Below, one piece after another: positions 40,673 through 53,289 of a stretch of DNA of 64,000 nt (position 1 is its first letter; every line of letters starts with the position of its first letter). This stretch comes from Octopus bimaculoides. Taxonomy: Eukaryota. The stretch is from contig NC_068981.1 of the NCBI RefSeq assembly GCF_001194135.2, positions 58,175,215 through 58,239,214 on the forward strand, written 5' to 3'. The notes below the pieces were generated by a model that worked only from the letters and a program-made list of their open reading frames with translations, ran no database searches and was not told where the DNA came from. A program made the position numbers and the translations under genes.

Positions 40673-41149
40673 ATGAGTTTAATCAATGAGATTGATTTCA
40701 TTAATTTACTAATATTTAGTTTATTGATAAAAAGATTTTTAAAAAATACAGCCGTGTTAGAATTTCAGCTTGTAAGTTACATACAAACAGAACACAACAA
40801 AGCGTCAATAGCAAAATGATCTCAATTGCACCAAATACACCACTCTCTGAATACTAAAATGAATCAATATTGAATATCTGAAAGTCTGTCGATGTTTCTT
40901 GGTACAAGGCTAGATCCAGCTGACTTCTATGTGCATTAATCCCACTGAGTGTATAAAACTACGAAATAGAAGATTTTAATTCCTAAAGATTTTCTTTTAA
41001 AGATTTTTTTTTAAAGATCTTTAATATATAAAGAAATCCAATAAAGAAAGCAGAAAAGGAAAATTCAACTTCTGTCATTTGAGACATCTTATAAACTAAA
41101 TGCACATAAGTGACAAGATTATAAGTGTGTTTTATTATTTAAATAATAT

Positions 41150-41360
41150 ATGGCAGTGAGCTGGCAAAATAGTTAGCATGCCGGGCAAAATGCTTCACAG
41201 CATTTAGCCAGTCTTTGTTCTGAGATCAGATGCTGATAGAGTTAAGTTTGTCTTTCATGGTTTTGGGGTCAATAAAATAAGTACCAGTTGAGTATTGGGA
41301 TCAATCTAATTGACTTATCTCCTCACCACAAAATTGGCCTTGTGTCAAAATTTGAAAGCA
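41150..41360 (+). mobile_element. tRNA-derived SINE with Meta-like domain
   Basis: GAGCTGGCAAAATAGTTAGCATGCCGGGCAAAATGC...GGGGTCAATAAAATAAGTACCAGTTGAG. Confidence 0.65.
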
Positions 41361-42172
41361 ATAATATACAATATGTTTCTAATTATTTTCAGGTCTTAAC
41401 AGATTGATTAATTCTCCTCTTTCAGCACATAACAATATATACAGATAACTCAAGGATACACTGGCACATACAAACATGTACAAATTTAAGAAAAACAGTC
41501 ACACCTTAGTTATCAATTCAAAAATCTCTCTGCTTGCTCACACCACTGCATGTTCTCTGCTCAGCCCACATAATTACATTACATTTCACTAAAATAACTA
41601 TTTCAAGCATGAACTAATGAGGTAGCCACTACATAGTCACTTGCTCTGCTAAAAATAGTAGCTAAATCTTCTGAAAATCATATTTTACTGTCTTAAAAGG
41701 ACTCATTAGATAAATTAGACTAAGATACTGCTATAAAAATGAAATGGTCATGGATGGAAGACATTTTACTTTAGGTCTACAGGATCAGGGCTAAACTAGG
41801 GTTAAACAACAACACTTCAAGGTTCATAAAAGATAATGTGCTATGTAAAACATAAAACAGTAAGATAATTAAAGTAGTTAGCTTTTAGGACTTCATCCAA
41901 TTGTAGAAATTTGCAAAAGTAAAAGATTTTTAAGCTGATGATGGTAAAGCAGAAGTAAGGCAAAAAACGATAAAGTGAAACAGCTGAACACAATAAAAAA
42001 ATAGTTTATGACATCAACAAAGGTCAAAATGCAATCTTGCAGACACAATTAGCATGTTTTGCAATGGAAAAAAGATCAAAAAGCATGGGGATGAACATGA
42101 TTGTTTAGACTAAAGTTAGCCTTGATCAAACAAACTTATGACAAGCTTATTATTAAAATATCTTTCTATATA

Positions 42173-42555
42173 TGTTGGCAATCCGTAGCTTACGACGTTG
42201 AGGGTTCCAGTTGATCCGATCAACGGAACAGCTTGCTCGTGAAATTAACTTGCAAGTGGCTGAGCACTCCACAGACACGTGTACCCTTAACGTAGTTCTC
42301 GGGGATATTCAGTGTGACACAGTGTGACAAGGCTGACCCTTTGAATTACAGGCACAATAGAAACAGGAAGCAAGAGTGAGAGAAAGTTGTGGTGAAAGAG
42401 TACAACAGGGTTTGCCACCATCCCCTGCCGGAGCCTTGTAGAGCTTTAGGTGTTTTCGCTCAATAAACACTCACAACACCCGGTCTGGGAATCAAAATCA
42501 CGATCCTATGACCGTGAGTCCGCTGCCCTAACCACTGGGCCATTGCGCCTCCACT
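42173..42555 (-). mobile_element. Young full-length tRNA-derived SINE (Deu/Nin-like body) with 12-bp TSD
   Basis: A box TGGCCCAGTGG and degenerate B box; many CpGs retained; TSD TCTTTCTATATA at 42161-42172 and 42556-42567. Confidence 0.9.
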
Positions 42556-43202
42556 TCTTTCTATATAGTGTCTCTAGAACTACATAATCTAATGCAACCT
42601 TTATTATCAAACAAAGAAAATCAGCTTAGTAAAATGGTTAAAGAATTACATCTCAAACACAAAAGAATTTATTCTCAGTATGCAACAAAGTGGTTAGGAT
42701 GATAATTAGGACTGTGTCAATATTTCTACCTCCACTTTAGTATTATAAATAATGACTATTGGATATGCATTTCTATTTTGTAACCATAATTTTTCTGTGA
42801 ATATTTTTTCTAATAAGTACTGAAGGAGGATTGAAATAATTTAAGGAGTTTAATCAAATAAGAGACAAAACAAAATAGCAATACCAGCAGTAACAAGAAC
42901 AACATTTTTGCTATCAGATAACTTCATTGTAGGAATCATTTTAATTGCTTATCCAGTGGACACAAATGGCTTTTTATGATTTTCATTTGTTTTGATTTTA
43001 TAATGGGAAGAAGTTGATAGGTCACCATTTATAATGACGATGTGGTGAAGAAATGTGTTAAGATTTGAATAAGTTGAAAAAGCGACGACTTATTCCACTT
43101 GTGATAATAATAGAAGATTGCCAAAGGGAATGATGTTGATACACCAGTCTGTAACAAACATCCATATGACTTCAGTTCTGTTGGGTCTGATAATGTGGCT
43201 GT

Positions 43203-43275
43203 CAGAGCTGACCTTAAGCCAGTTGGACTGATTGCTCCCAATTGGGCCCTACACCCCGAGCTCAAGGAGGCCACA
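43203..43275 (+). mobile_element. Possible hAT-type terminus remnant
   Basis: CAGAGCTGACCTTAAGCC...AATTGGGCCC resembles CAGGGCCGGCCTTA...GGGCCCC hAT/MITE ends; no partner TIR found. Confidence 0.3.
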
Positions 43276-44418
43276 TCCTATACTGTGACATTTCATGAAG
43301 GTGGTCTCCTTGAAGTTTAAAAAAAATCTACATAAAAATGCTCTTAAAAAAAAAAAAAAAAAGACATACTTTCTACACTTTAGCAACACAAGATACCAAA
43401 AAATAAACCCATTCATCCAAAATTGCTTGGGTCAGCCTTGCTTGTATTTTTGGTGTAAGGGTTAATTGTATGTATTCATGTGTGTATGTAAATGTTTAGG
43501 AGTGTTTAGTGGCATGTTTGAGTAAAATATTTGTGTGTATGAGAGTATGTATGTGGTTGTTTAAGTGTATGGTGAATTGTATGTATATATGTGTGTGAGT
43601 TGCTATAAATATACTTTGTATATGTTTAATTTTTGGGAAACTTATTTCAGTGAAGTGTTTTGGGGGCAACCAGATTGAACTGTCTCAAGTGTAACTGCCC
43701 GAAACAGTAAGGACTTCTGGTAAACTTGACTGAGGAAAGAAGGCCACGAATGACCCATCTTGTTTTCCTGTCCCTCTAATTGTTGTTTCTCCTGTCCGCC
43801 TTTGTATCGTCTGTCTGAATGTTTTATTGTCCTCTATTCCCTTTTTTGTTCCATTTTTTATATATTTCTATATACATATAGTGACGTACATACACACTTG
43901 TGCTCACCTTATGGTAAGTATGCATCTAAATTTTGTACGACTCTTACTCTATCTTTTAGACCCCCTCAAAACCTCTTTACAATTCAGGTTTTTGGACAAG
44001 TACAAATACACAGCCACACACAAACACACACGGAGCTATAGTAGGAGACATTTGGTGTCACCCAGTAGTGCTAAACCCAGAACCGTATAGTAAGAAACGG
44101 GTTTCTTGCCACAGAGACAGGACTGTGTTTTCTACAACAGAGGTTATAGAAAAAAATAAAAGGTAAGTATATAACCAGCTTCTGAAAAATTCTAATTATT
44201 AATTTGCATTTTATGTATATCTCTTTTAGCGTAACATCATGTAACAGATAAAATTTTCTTTGGGATCTTGTTAAATTTCTTTCCAATTTTTGCCAGAATA
44301 TTTTTTAAAAGCACAGTTCAGAAGTAGTTTCGCTTACTGATGGTGAAAATTTTTGGTAAATTTATAGTTTAACACCCAACTCAATTTCGGTTGTAAATAA
44401 TGTTTTTTCCTCATGGCT

Positions 44419-44870
44419 TTGACAGTGTCTAGTGATGATGTGGTTGCTGCCTTGAGATTCTTCTCTATGAGCAGCAGTGATGGAATAAATGACCTGCAAC
44501 CCAACCATCTCAGAGATTTAATCCTACAACACTCCAAGGCAGGAACACTTGGTGGAGTGAACTATTGCTACACTCTGCCAGTGCTCTGATTTATCACTGC
44601 TCTAACAGACAGTCTTCTTCATGTGGACTTCCCCACCATGCCTGAGATTTCTTCTCAGTCAACCTGACTGTGCTGAAGAAGAAAGACAGAGACATCCTTC
44701 CAATAGCAGTGGGCAATATCTTTTGACAACTTGCTGCCAGAATAGCATGTAGATCAGTCACTGATGATCTAAGCAAGGCACTAAGCCCTGTCCAGCTGGG
44801 GGTGGGAGTCAAGTATGGATGGGAGTCTGCTGCCTGTATGGCCAGACATGGTATACAACATACATCTCCC
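44419..44870 (+). mobile_element. CRE-clade non-LTR retrotransposon RT N-terminal fragment
   Basis: DVVAALRFF..SDGINDLQPNHLRDL; FFSVNLTVLKKKDRDILPIAVGNIF*QLAARIAC; LSPVQLGVGVKYGWESAACMAR, matching the CRE motifs LxKKDGGIRPIAVG and PxQLGVG. Confidence 0.72.
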
Positions 44871-45539
44871 TTGTCACCTTACCTCCTTACAGCATACTGT
44901 AAAACAAAAACAAAACAAAAAAATGCCAGATATTTCAATCATGAATCTTCTATTAACTCACTCATTGTGTATTTATCACACTGAAACCTTAAACACTTCC
45001 TTTAAGACTAATGCTTAGTTTATGTTAACATAAGGGATCCAACTGGAGAGAAACAGAAAAGACAGCCTAGAGTCAAGGACAATGGAGAAAAGTTATCAAT
45101 AGCATATACTCCACAGGGAGTGAAGGGCTTAAGTATCTAAGTTATATTTAAAACATTCTTCTGTGCTAACAGATAATGAAAATTGGTTATTTTTCATCAG
45201 GATGCTGTCTTAAATTAGGGTACTGGAAATAACAAAAGCAGCAGCAATATATCTTTAACAGTAGATCATTGAGCTAAGTTCACAGTTGTTAGAGACCAAC
45301 ATAGCATTTCCCATCTTTGAAGATCACACAAAATAAGTACTACCATTATATTACTGAAATGATTCAATATACCCTACTGTTTATTATATAACCATTTCTT
45401 ATATAAAAATCATTCATTCATCTAAAATGATGATTGCAACTTATTGAATTTAATCAGCAATCATTTATATTTTACTGATATAAGCACACATCAACAATAA
45501 GATAATAAGAGGACCTGTATGAGATAATAAAGGAACCCC

Positions 45540-45745
45540 CTATGCAATCATTCATCCTGCTTTAAATAGTAACCAAAAATCCCTCAAATCACACCTTATC
45601 ATCTTAAAAAAAAGAAAGGACATATTGGATAATGTGGTCCTAGATGCACAATGTAAAAAAAAATTGAAAGCTGGAATGGTTATGACGAAAACATGATCAT
45701 AGGTCTGTCGAATGAGAACTGACCTAGAAGTTAGACAGCAGCAAC
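45540..45745 (+). repeat. Representative copy of an abundant unclassified interspersed repeat of about 200 bp (at least 12 copies in the window)
   Basis: Motif AGAAATAGCAGCCAAATCTCCCTCAAATCACAC...GGACATATTGGATAATG...GGTCATGGCTGGAA...TAAACAACAAC also near 1445, 3570, 20555, 22855, 23500, 41625, 47530, 50100, 51175, 52520 and 53790. Confidence 0.75.
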
Positions 45746-46017
45746 AGAAACATAATGGAAATTATGCAACTGTTATGCCATATTAAGCTATATTAATGGT
45801 AACTGTGATATGTAGTGGGAATCTAGATCCAGTCATGAAATATTTAAGTGTAATGTTGTTCTTACAATTATTAAAACACAAAACATAACTGAAACTGGTA
45901 GGATGAATAGACTATCATTAGTTCATCTAAATTATTCTTCTCATAAAGCACACAAAAAAAAAACATTTCAAAGGGACAGCAAAGATAAACATCCCCCCAT
46001 TAATTAATAGATCTTAA

Positions 46018-46085
46018 ATTTTTATTAAGTTTGCATCATATTTCTATTTTTATTTTTATTAAGTTTGCATCATATTTCTATTTTT
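46018..46085. repeat. Exact 34-bp tandem duplication
   Basis: ATTTTTATTAAGTTTGCATCATATTTCTATTTTT twice. Confidence 0.95.
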
Positions 46086-49044
46086 GTCAGTAGTCTACAA
46101 CTATTGTCAGAGATTTTCATTAAAATTCAATAAAGGAATTCTTAGAAATTCTTTTTTCTTAATTCAACATTTCTGCCAATAGATAAAATAGATGAAATAT
46201 TGATGTTACCATCTATATGAAATAGCAGTTATTGTCTGAATAGTAAACAAGATTCAGAACCTGAAAACAAAGAATGTTTAAGTGATGAAGCTGTAGAACT
46301 CATATTGGCATGACTTTGGAACATTTATCAAAGCATTTGTACTTAGTTGATTTCATACTGAAGGATTAGTATTAGGAAATTAAAACCGTTGTCTAACAAT
46401 TCATGCTCTGTCTAAATCTGATTAACAAACCAATTTATTCTGGCATTAGAAAACTGATACAAAAAATGACTACAAAAGAAAATAAAATCTCCTAAAAACT
46501 TATATTTAAAAGAGAGTAAATGAGTTTTGAAGACAAAGTATTTTAGGAAAAATATCCAGCATTTAAGCTAAACTTAGATTCCAAACCTGTGTGAGACTAA
46601 TGTTTCCTAGTTTATTGTGCACCTACAAAAAAAAAATGCTAATATCTTTTTATATCATTAATTCTAAATACTATGTGTAGCGTATACAGCACAGTGTGAA
46701 CCATAGCTATTTTTTGTTTGTACTCTTTTCTTCTAGTCTGTATTATCTTCGATGGGATTGACTAAATAAAAACAATAAAAGCAACAGAAACATTATTCAA
46801 GAGTGTACTGTATTGAACTTAATCCAACCATATCAAAAGCAGTCAGCAAATGACTCAGCAGTTAAATTTACATGCTTCAAGTAGTGTAAGGAAGCTGGCT
46901 GACCGGAAATCAGCAACAGAGGAAAATTGTGAAAACAAATAAATAAAAATACCAGCAAAATTGAATTTCCAGCAACAAACTGAACTACAAATTAGCTTTG
47001 TTTGTCACTAAAAGGTGCCAAATATCTCCATGCTACAGCAATACAGTTACCTCTAAAAAAGGCATTAATGAATCTGTATAAGAATAGTTCTATTCATTCA
47101 GAATCAAAGTAAAACACATTGATATTCAGCCAGAAGTAAGGTTGTATATCAGGAATTAACATACAAGACATGTTGGCTGTGTAATGGCCAACTAAACCAA
47201 AGACTAAGAGTTCAAAAACTGTCATATGCAGCAGCTAAGCTTTACTCAACACCCGCCAAATAGATATCATTCTTAGTTTCCAAATTCAGTAATTTATTCT
47301 AGGAAAAACAGAACCTGTAGAAATATATTAAACATTTCTCCAGTATTCACGGAAATATTCAAAAAAAAAAAAAAAAAATTAGACCAGCAAAGAAAAATTT
47401 TAAAACCAAAAATATGTACATTGTTGTAACACCAAGTTAACTCATCAAAAATAAATAATCATCGCAGACTAGCAAAGGTAAAATATATAAAATTGTTTAA
47501 AAACAAAAAAATATTTTATGTATATTGCTGTTGTTTAGCACCAAGTTCGCTCTGCTCAAGTACACTAATGATCAAAGATGTTCCATCTGTGACCATCCCA
47601 TCTTTTCCCTAGTCTAATATGTCTAAAACTACATCATTGTCAAACGTGTTCTTCCTTGCTGAAAATAGTATGGTATGATGCAAAGGAGATTTGGTTGTTG
47701 TTTCTAACAAACTGAGCAATCATGTAGAGGCTCTTTCATCATCCCTGTTTTATGTGCTGATTTATAATTGACATTATCTGAAGTAAACATTCAGAATATT
47801 GAAATATAAAACCTTGTTGTTATTTATTTATTTTTTTTTTACTTTTATAGATTTCTTAGTATTCTTCAATTCAACATTATCACCTTCATTCTTCAGTTCA
47901 GTCCAATATGTCCTTGGCTTGTACTAAGGGTCATTTCAATCAGTTATACCCTCTCTTGCAAATTTATACCTTTGTTCTGATCTAAGAAATCAATATTCCT
48001 TTGATAAGCTCAAGGACATTTAACTATTTGACACACAGAGATTAATGAAACATACAATAGCTTATTAATATTACAATACCTTCCCTAATAGCTTGCTACC
48101 CTTAATACAATTTCTTTAATGATCTTTTGCTAATTTCATAGCAAACTGGTGTAAGCTCAGTGTCAAGGGGATGGAACAAATCCTTAAATAAGATATCACT
48201 GACAGACTTTTATAACTGTGAGCATAAAGAGGCTGTTGATTAGAATATGAAATAATGAGACAAGATTGCTTCCTTAATTAACATTCTATGACACCATACA
48301 GATTTATAAGCATGATAGGATTTGTACCACAAGTTAATTTTAGAACTAAAGTAGATGGCCATATTAGCAACTATTACTTAACATTGACTTCTATTCTATT
48401 TCTTTTTTTGTGTTGTGTGTTTGTGTGAGTGAGGGTTGAAAAAAATAACTTCTCAATGAAAATATTTTTCCAAAATTTTACATATATGAACACTTCATGC
48501 TTTATATATCAAACATTTCATGTTTTATATATCAAATATCAGCAAAAGAATTTAGATTCAAATAATATGCCATATATTTTCTGTTTTGATAGATATGCTA
48601 TAAAACTTACAATAATATAATAGAAATCAATATTTGCAAGCAGCTGATACAGTTGAATAAGCGGGGTACTCTGTATAAGAAATGAAATTAATCAGAGTAA
48701 ATTGCAAATATTAGAAAAGAAATAACATCCTTTGAATTAATGCAGGTCAACATGACAATTATTTAAAGAAGAATTGCAACATACTAAGTGCAACATCTGT
48801 TTCTCACTCAGGTTTATTCCTTGTATCTTGTGTTCATAAGCAGAGGATGACTGAGTAATAAAACAGTAAAGTACACAAACTGAAATTTGTGGCAAGAATA
48901 ATATCAGTGTGAGAAATTTAACAAAAGCATGAACTTGTATTTCCTAAATAGTTTGAAAGGCGAGATGTATATTGAGCCTTTTTCAATTTATGGCAGTGTT
49001 ATTTTCAGCATTAGAAAAAGAATGGTATCTATATATATAATTTT

Positions 49045-49410
49045 TATCTTTTACTTGTTGAAGTCATTTGACTACAACCGTGCTGGAGCACTACCTTGAA
49101 GGGTTTTAGTTGAACAAATCAATCCCAATATTTAAGTCTGGCACTTATTCTACTGATCTCTTTTATTAAACTGCTAAGTTACAGAGATGTAAACAAACCA
49201 ACACTGTCAAGTGGTGGAAAGATGGCACAAACACACATGCACAAAAATATTTATATATAACAGACTTCCACACAGTTTCCATCTACCAAATTCACTCAAA
49301 GCAGTTGTCAGTCCAGGACTATAGTGGAAAACACACAAGGTGCAGTGGAGTGAGACTGAACCCAAAACCACATGGTTGCAAAAGGAGCTTCTTTACCACA
49401 GAACCATGTA
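49045..49410 (-). mobile_element. Composite tRNA/CORE-like SINE
   Basis: Same architecture as 34575-34985. Confidence 0.7.
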
Positions 49411-50267
49411 CGCATGCACACACAATGCTTGTTAAATCACTGAAGACAAACTACATGCAGTATGTAGATACAGAACCTCTACAGTCCCTCAAACTGGTAA
49501 AAACAGCAGCCAAATCTTCTTTCAATAACACTAACAACTTTTAAAAAAGGAAACATACTAGACAAAGTAATCTGAGACACACAATAGGATGGTGATGAAT
49601 GGAATGTATTTGATAACTGGGAGCTATACCACAATATTGTTCTATGATCTGTAGCAAGAACCTCAGAGACTGAATGGGTATAAGTTAAACACCAGCTCTA
49701 GTCCAATCCCCAAAGTTAAGTAATGACAAGCCTGGTAGTACTTTGACCAGTGGCTGCTCAAGAAACCTAGGCATTGTAAGCACAATGTTCATGATAGTGC
49801 CTCACCATGGCCACAGCCAACAGGCTAGAACAGACAAAAAGAGTCAAATCATTAGAAGAGCTGGTTAACTGAATACAAGAAAAATGGCTGTTATTTTGCA
49901 GACATAAACTACTAATGTAGATTAAAAAGAAGTGTTGTATCAGAGGAGTGAAGGTTATAGGAGACAACTGTAGAAAGAAAAGAACTTGGTAGGATGAGGT
50001 GGCAGTTAAAGGAAAAAATAAAAATTTAGGTATTATTATAAATGAGATAATACAGAGTATAGAAATAGTAAAAAAAATCTAACATTAATAAAAGCCAAAG
50101 GAGAAGCTTCTGTGTAGTCACACAATCTACTAGAGATAGCAGCCAAATCTCCTTCAAATCACAATCTATTGTTTGGAAAAGGGGCAGATAAATTATATAA
50201 TATAGTAAATATACTATATCAGAAAAATAACAGACAAAATGGTTATGACTGGAAATATCTTTAATTA

Positions 50268-51135
50268 TATGAGGTGGTATCAAAATGTTCCTGGATTAGT
50301 TCTATAGTGGCCAACAGATGGCAGCATATGAGAGCTAGCAGTGACCTTCATAAGGCAATGTGCTGAGTGGCACCTCTGTGTTTACTTCACAAGTTATGAA
50401 ATTTGTGTTTTTGTGATCACATGTATGCTGTAGTCTGCAATTTTGTCATGGACAGGAATAAAGAGCCAATGTGAAATTTTGCATTAAACTCTGCTACAGA
50501 GACATTGAGCCGGCTTCAGCAAGCTTATGGCGATGAGGCAAGGAGTTGTATGCAATGTATTGAGTGGCATGGGAGCTTCAAAAGTGGAAGAATGTCCATG
50601 GATGATGATGAGTAATCTGGAAGACCTGCCATGAGTGTCACCCCCAGAAATGTGATATTGTGCATCAAGAATTTATCCCCCAGAGCCAGACCATCAATTT
50701 AGAGTTCTACTGTGACGTTTTGAAGCATTTGAGGTAGAACATTCAGCGAAAGTGACTGGATCTGTGGAGCACGAAGAATTGAATTCTTCACCAAGTTCTC
50801 CTCACTCGTGAGTTTCTCATCAAAAACATAGTATCACTTTCACACCCGGCCTAGTCACTAGATTTAGCAACTGCAGAATTCCGTCTCTCCCAAGATGAAA
50901 ATGCAGCTTAAAGGTCGCCATTTTAACACTTGTCGAGATCCAGAACAAACTGTAGAAGGTCCTTGACTTACAAAAAATGACTTCCAGGTCAGATTCCAAA
51001 AGTGACAGGAATGCTGGGATCAATGTATTGCTGCACAAGGTGACTATTTCAAAGAAGATAATGTTAAAACTAAGGTAAGTGAATTAATTTTTATCAAACA
51101 TAACTAATCTGGGAACCTTTTGATACCACCTTGTA
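50268..51135 (+). mobile_element. Internally deleted mariner with both TIRs
   Basis: 5' TATGAGGTGGTATCAAAATGTTCCTGGATT; 3' reverse complement TACAAGGTGGTATCAAAAGGTTCCCAGATT; TA ends; remnants LQQAYGDEA, HQEFIPQSQTIN, FSKMKMQLKGRHF, WDQCIAAQGDYF. Confidence 0.9.
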
Positions 51136-51457
51136 ACTCTGCTTCATTAAAGATGACTCAGTTAAAAATCAATGGTAATACAAGCCTCTACACAAATGAC
51201 TTGATAGCAAAATTTTCATTGAATCCCTCTATAGCATCTTAAAAAGAAAATAAAACAAAAAAAAAGACACTCAATAATTTAGTTCTTGATATCAAAAAGT
51301 GATGGGATGGTCATAGTTGGAAAGTCTTTGGTCATAAGTTCTGCTTGCTAGGGCTTAAAAACAGTAACAAATCACTGCTAACTTGGGAGAATAGGACAAG
51401 ATGATAATGATAACAATAAGGACCGTGATGGTCATAATAATGAGAATGTTGGAAATA

Positions 51458-52325
51458 CAGGGTGTTTGGGATAAATTTGACAATTTTTTTTTTCAGGACA
51501 AGCTTGATGTTTTGGTGAACATATGTTGGAGAGCATAAAGTTTAAGGTGGAGTTGAGAAAAAGTTAGTTGACATGGAGGACAGGAAACCATCTGAATATT
51601 GAAAAAGGATTACCTGTACCATGATGATTCATGCCAGGTATCAAAATACCATCATTATTATTGCTGCTCAATGTTCTGTGAACACTGTAAAGCTGTAATA
51701 TGTGACATAAACAGCTGCAATGGAGACTATAAAGCTGTAGCTAGCAGGAAGGACACTACAGGCATTCTGGCTGTGTCCACTTGTTGGAATTCATCCCCAC
51801 ATCTTTGAACAGGACTTTATGCTCAATTCAGACAGTTGTGTGAAGCTGCAGGAGATTGTGATCAAGTCCTGACTGGAAAGGATTGCTTCTGGAAGACCAT
51901 ATATATGGCAGCAGGATTCAGCTCCTTACCATATCTCCAGAAAGTGTCAGAAGTGGTTGTCAGATAATTTCTATGGCTTCACTAGTCTAATTTCTGGCCT
52001 CCTAATTCCACCAATTGTAAGCCCATGGATTACTATATGTGGAATGCAGTTGAGAAAGACACTAACCATTCTGTTTGCAACACCAAAGCCAAGATCAAGA
52101 TGTTCAAAGATCTTCCCAGGAATGCAATGAGGAATGCATGCACCAGGTTTCAGAGCCATCTTGTGGCTGGGGGTGAAAGTTGTAGGCAGCTACTTTGAGT
52201 AAACTGTTATCTCCTAGTCATAATTTTGTAGAGATTTTGATTTTTAAAATACTTTTATTCTTGGATGGGATATTGTATTTTCACTTCTTTTTATTCAAAC
52301 TGTCAAATTTAGCCTGAACAATCTG
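51458..52325 (+). mobile_element. Internally deleted maT-like (DD37D) Tc1/mariner-superfamily transposon
   Basis: TA-flanked TIRs CAGGGTGTTTGGGATAAATTTGACA and reverse complement CAGATTGTTCAGGCTAAATTTGACA; WQQDSAPYH ... FWPPNSTNCKPMDYYMW gives 37 residues between D2 and D3 after correcting a 1-nt frameshift. Confidence 0.85.
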
Positions 52326-53289
52326 TAATCATATTGATATGATAATAATGATAGTGATGATCATACACTGAAAAATTCTTTGTAGTTAATTAAATGATTA
52401 AAATATTGATTCAATTAATAATTTAAATACTTTTCTAGAACTTCACAAAATTCTATTAATACACTACACACAATTACAGATGAGCTAAAAAGCTATCAAC
52501 TTTATTATCAACCTGGTCATTCAAGTTGCTCGAAATATCAGTCAAATTTCCTCAAAATCATATCCCATTGTCTCAGAAAAGGGCATATTGGAATGTGATC
52601 CTGAGTTCCCTTCTTATGGGAAAAAGAGAGAGTAGTCATGATCGGAATACTTTTGATCATAGGCCAATTTCATTGGGGCTAACCTGGGGTTTAACAACAA
52701 CAATATAATTATAGAAACATATACATAATTGTTACTGATGTTGCAGTGTGTTGTACTGCATGTACTACAGTGAGACTACATGAAAACAATTTTTTTCCCT
52801 GTCTCACAGTACTGAGCATTGAAAAAATGCTGTAAAGAAATTTAAAAGAAAACCAAGAAATCATTGTTAAAAGATGATGTGAAGGGAGACAAAAATCCCC
52901 GATAAATCTATCTAAACTCCAGGACATCAGCATAACATTGTGTGTGTATGTCTGTGAGAGAGAGAGAGTGCATGTGCATATATGTGCAGGTGATTGTATG
53001 AATATATCTATGTCTATAAATCTCTGTATGTGTGCGTCTGTCTATCCTGTATTCTTTCTAGATGTTCAAAAGTATGTTGTGTGCAATTGTTAAAGATATT
53101 GTGCAAGATTCAAAAAGGCCAACTTACAAGCTTTATCTTGAAACTTTGCATGCAATAAGAGACAGTGGCCAGTTTAATAATAATAAATTTTTTTTTAAAT
53201 CATTTATTGTACACCTTCAATATGTTTATACTTCATTATGTGTATCATCTTCATTTTGATATCCATTTTTCTATGCTTGCACAAGTCAG

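Noticed and set aside
42480-42555. tRNA-like sequence on the minus strand
   Set aside because: It is the tRNA-derived head of a TSD-flanked SINE, with a degenerate B box and no proper acceptor stem.
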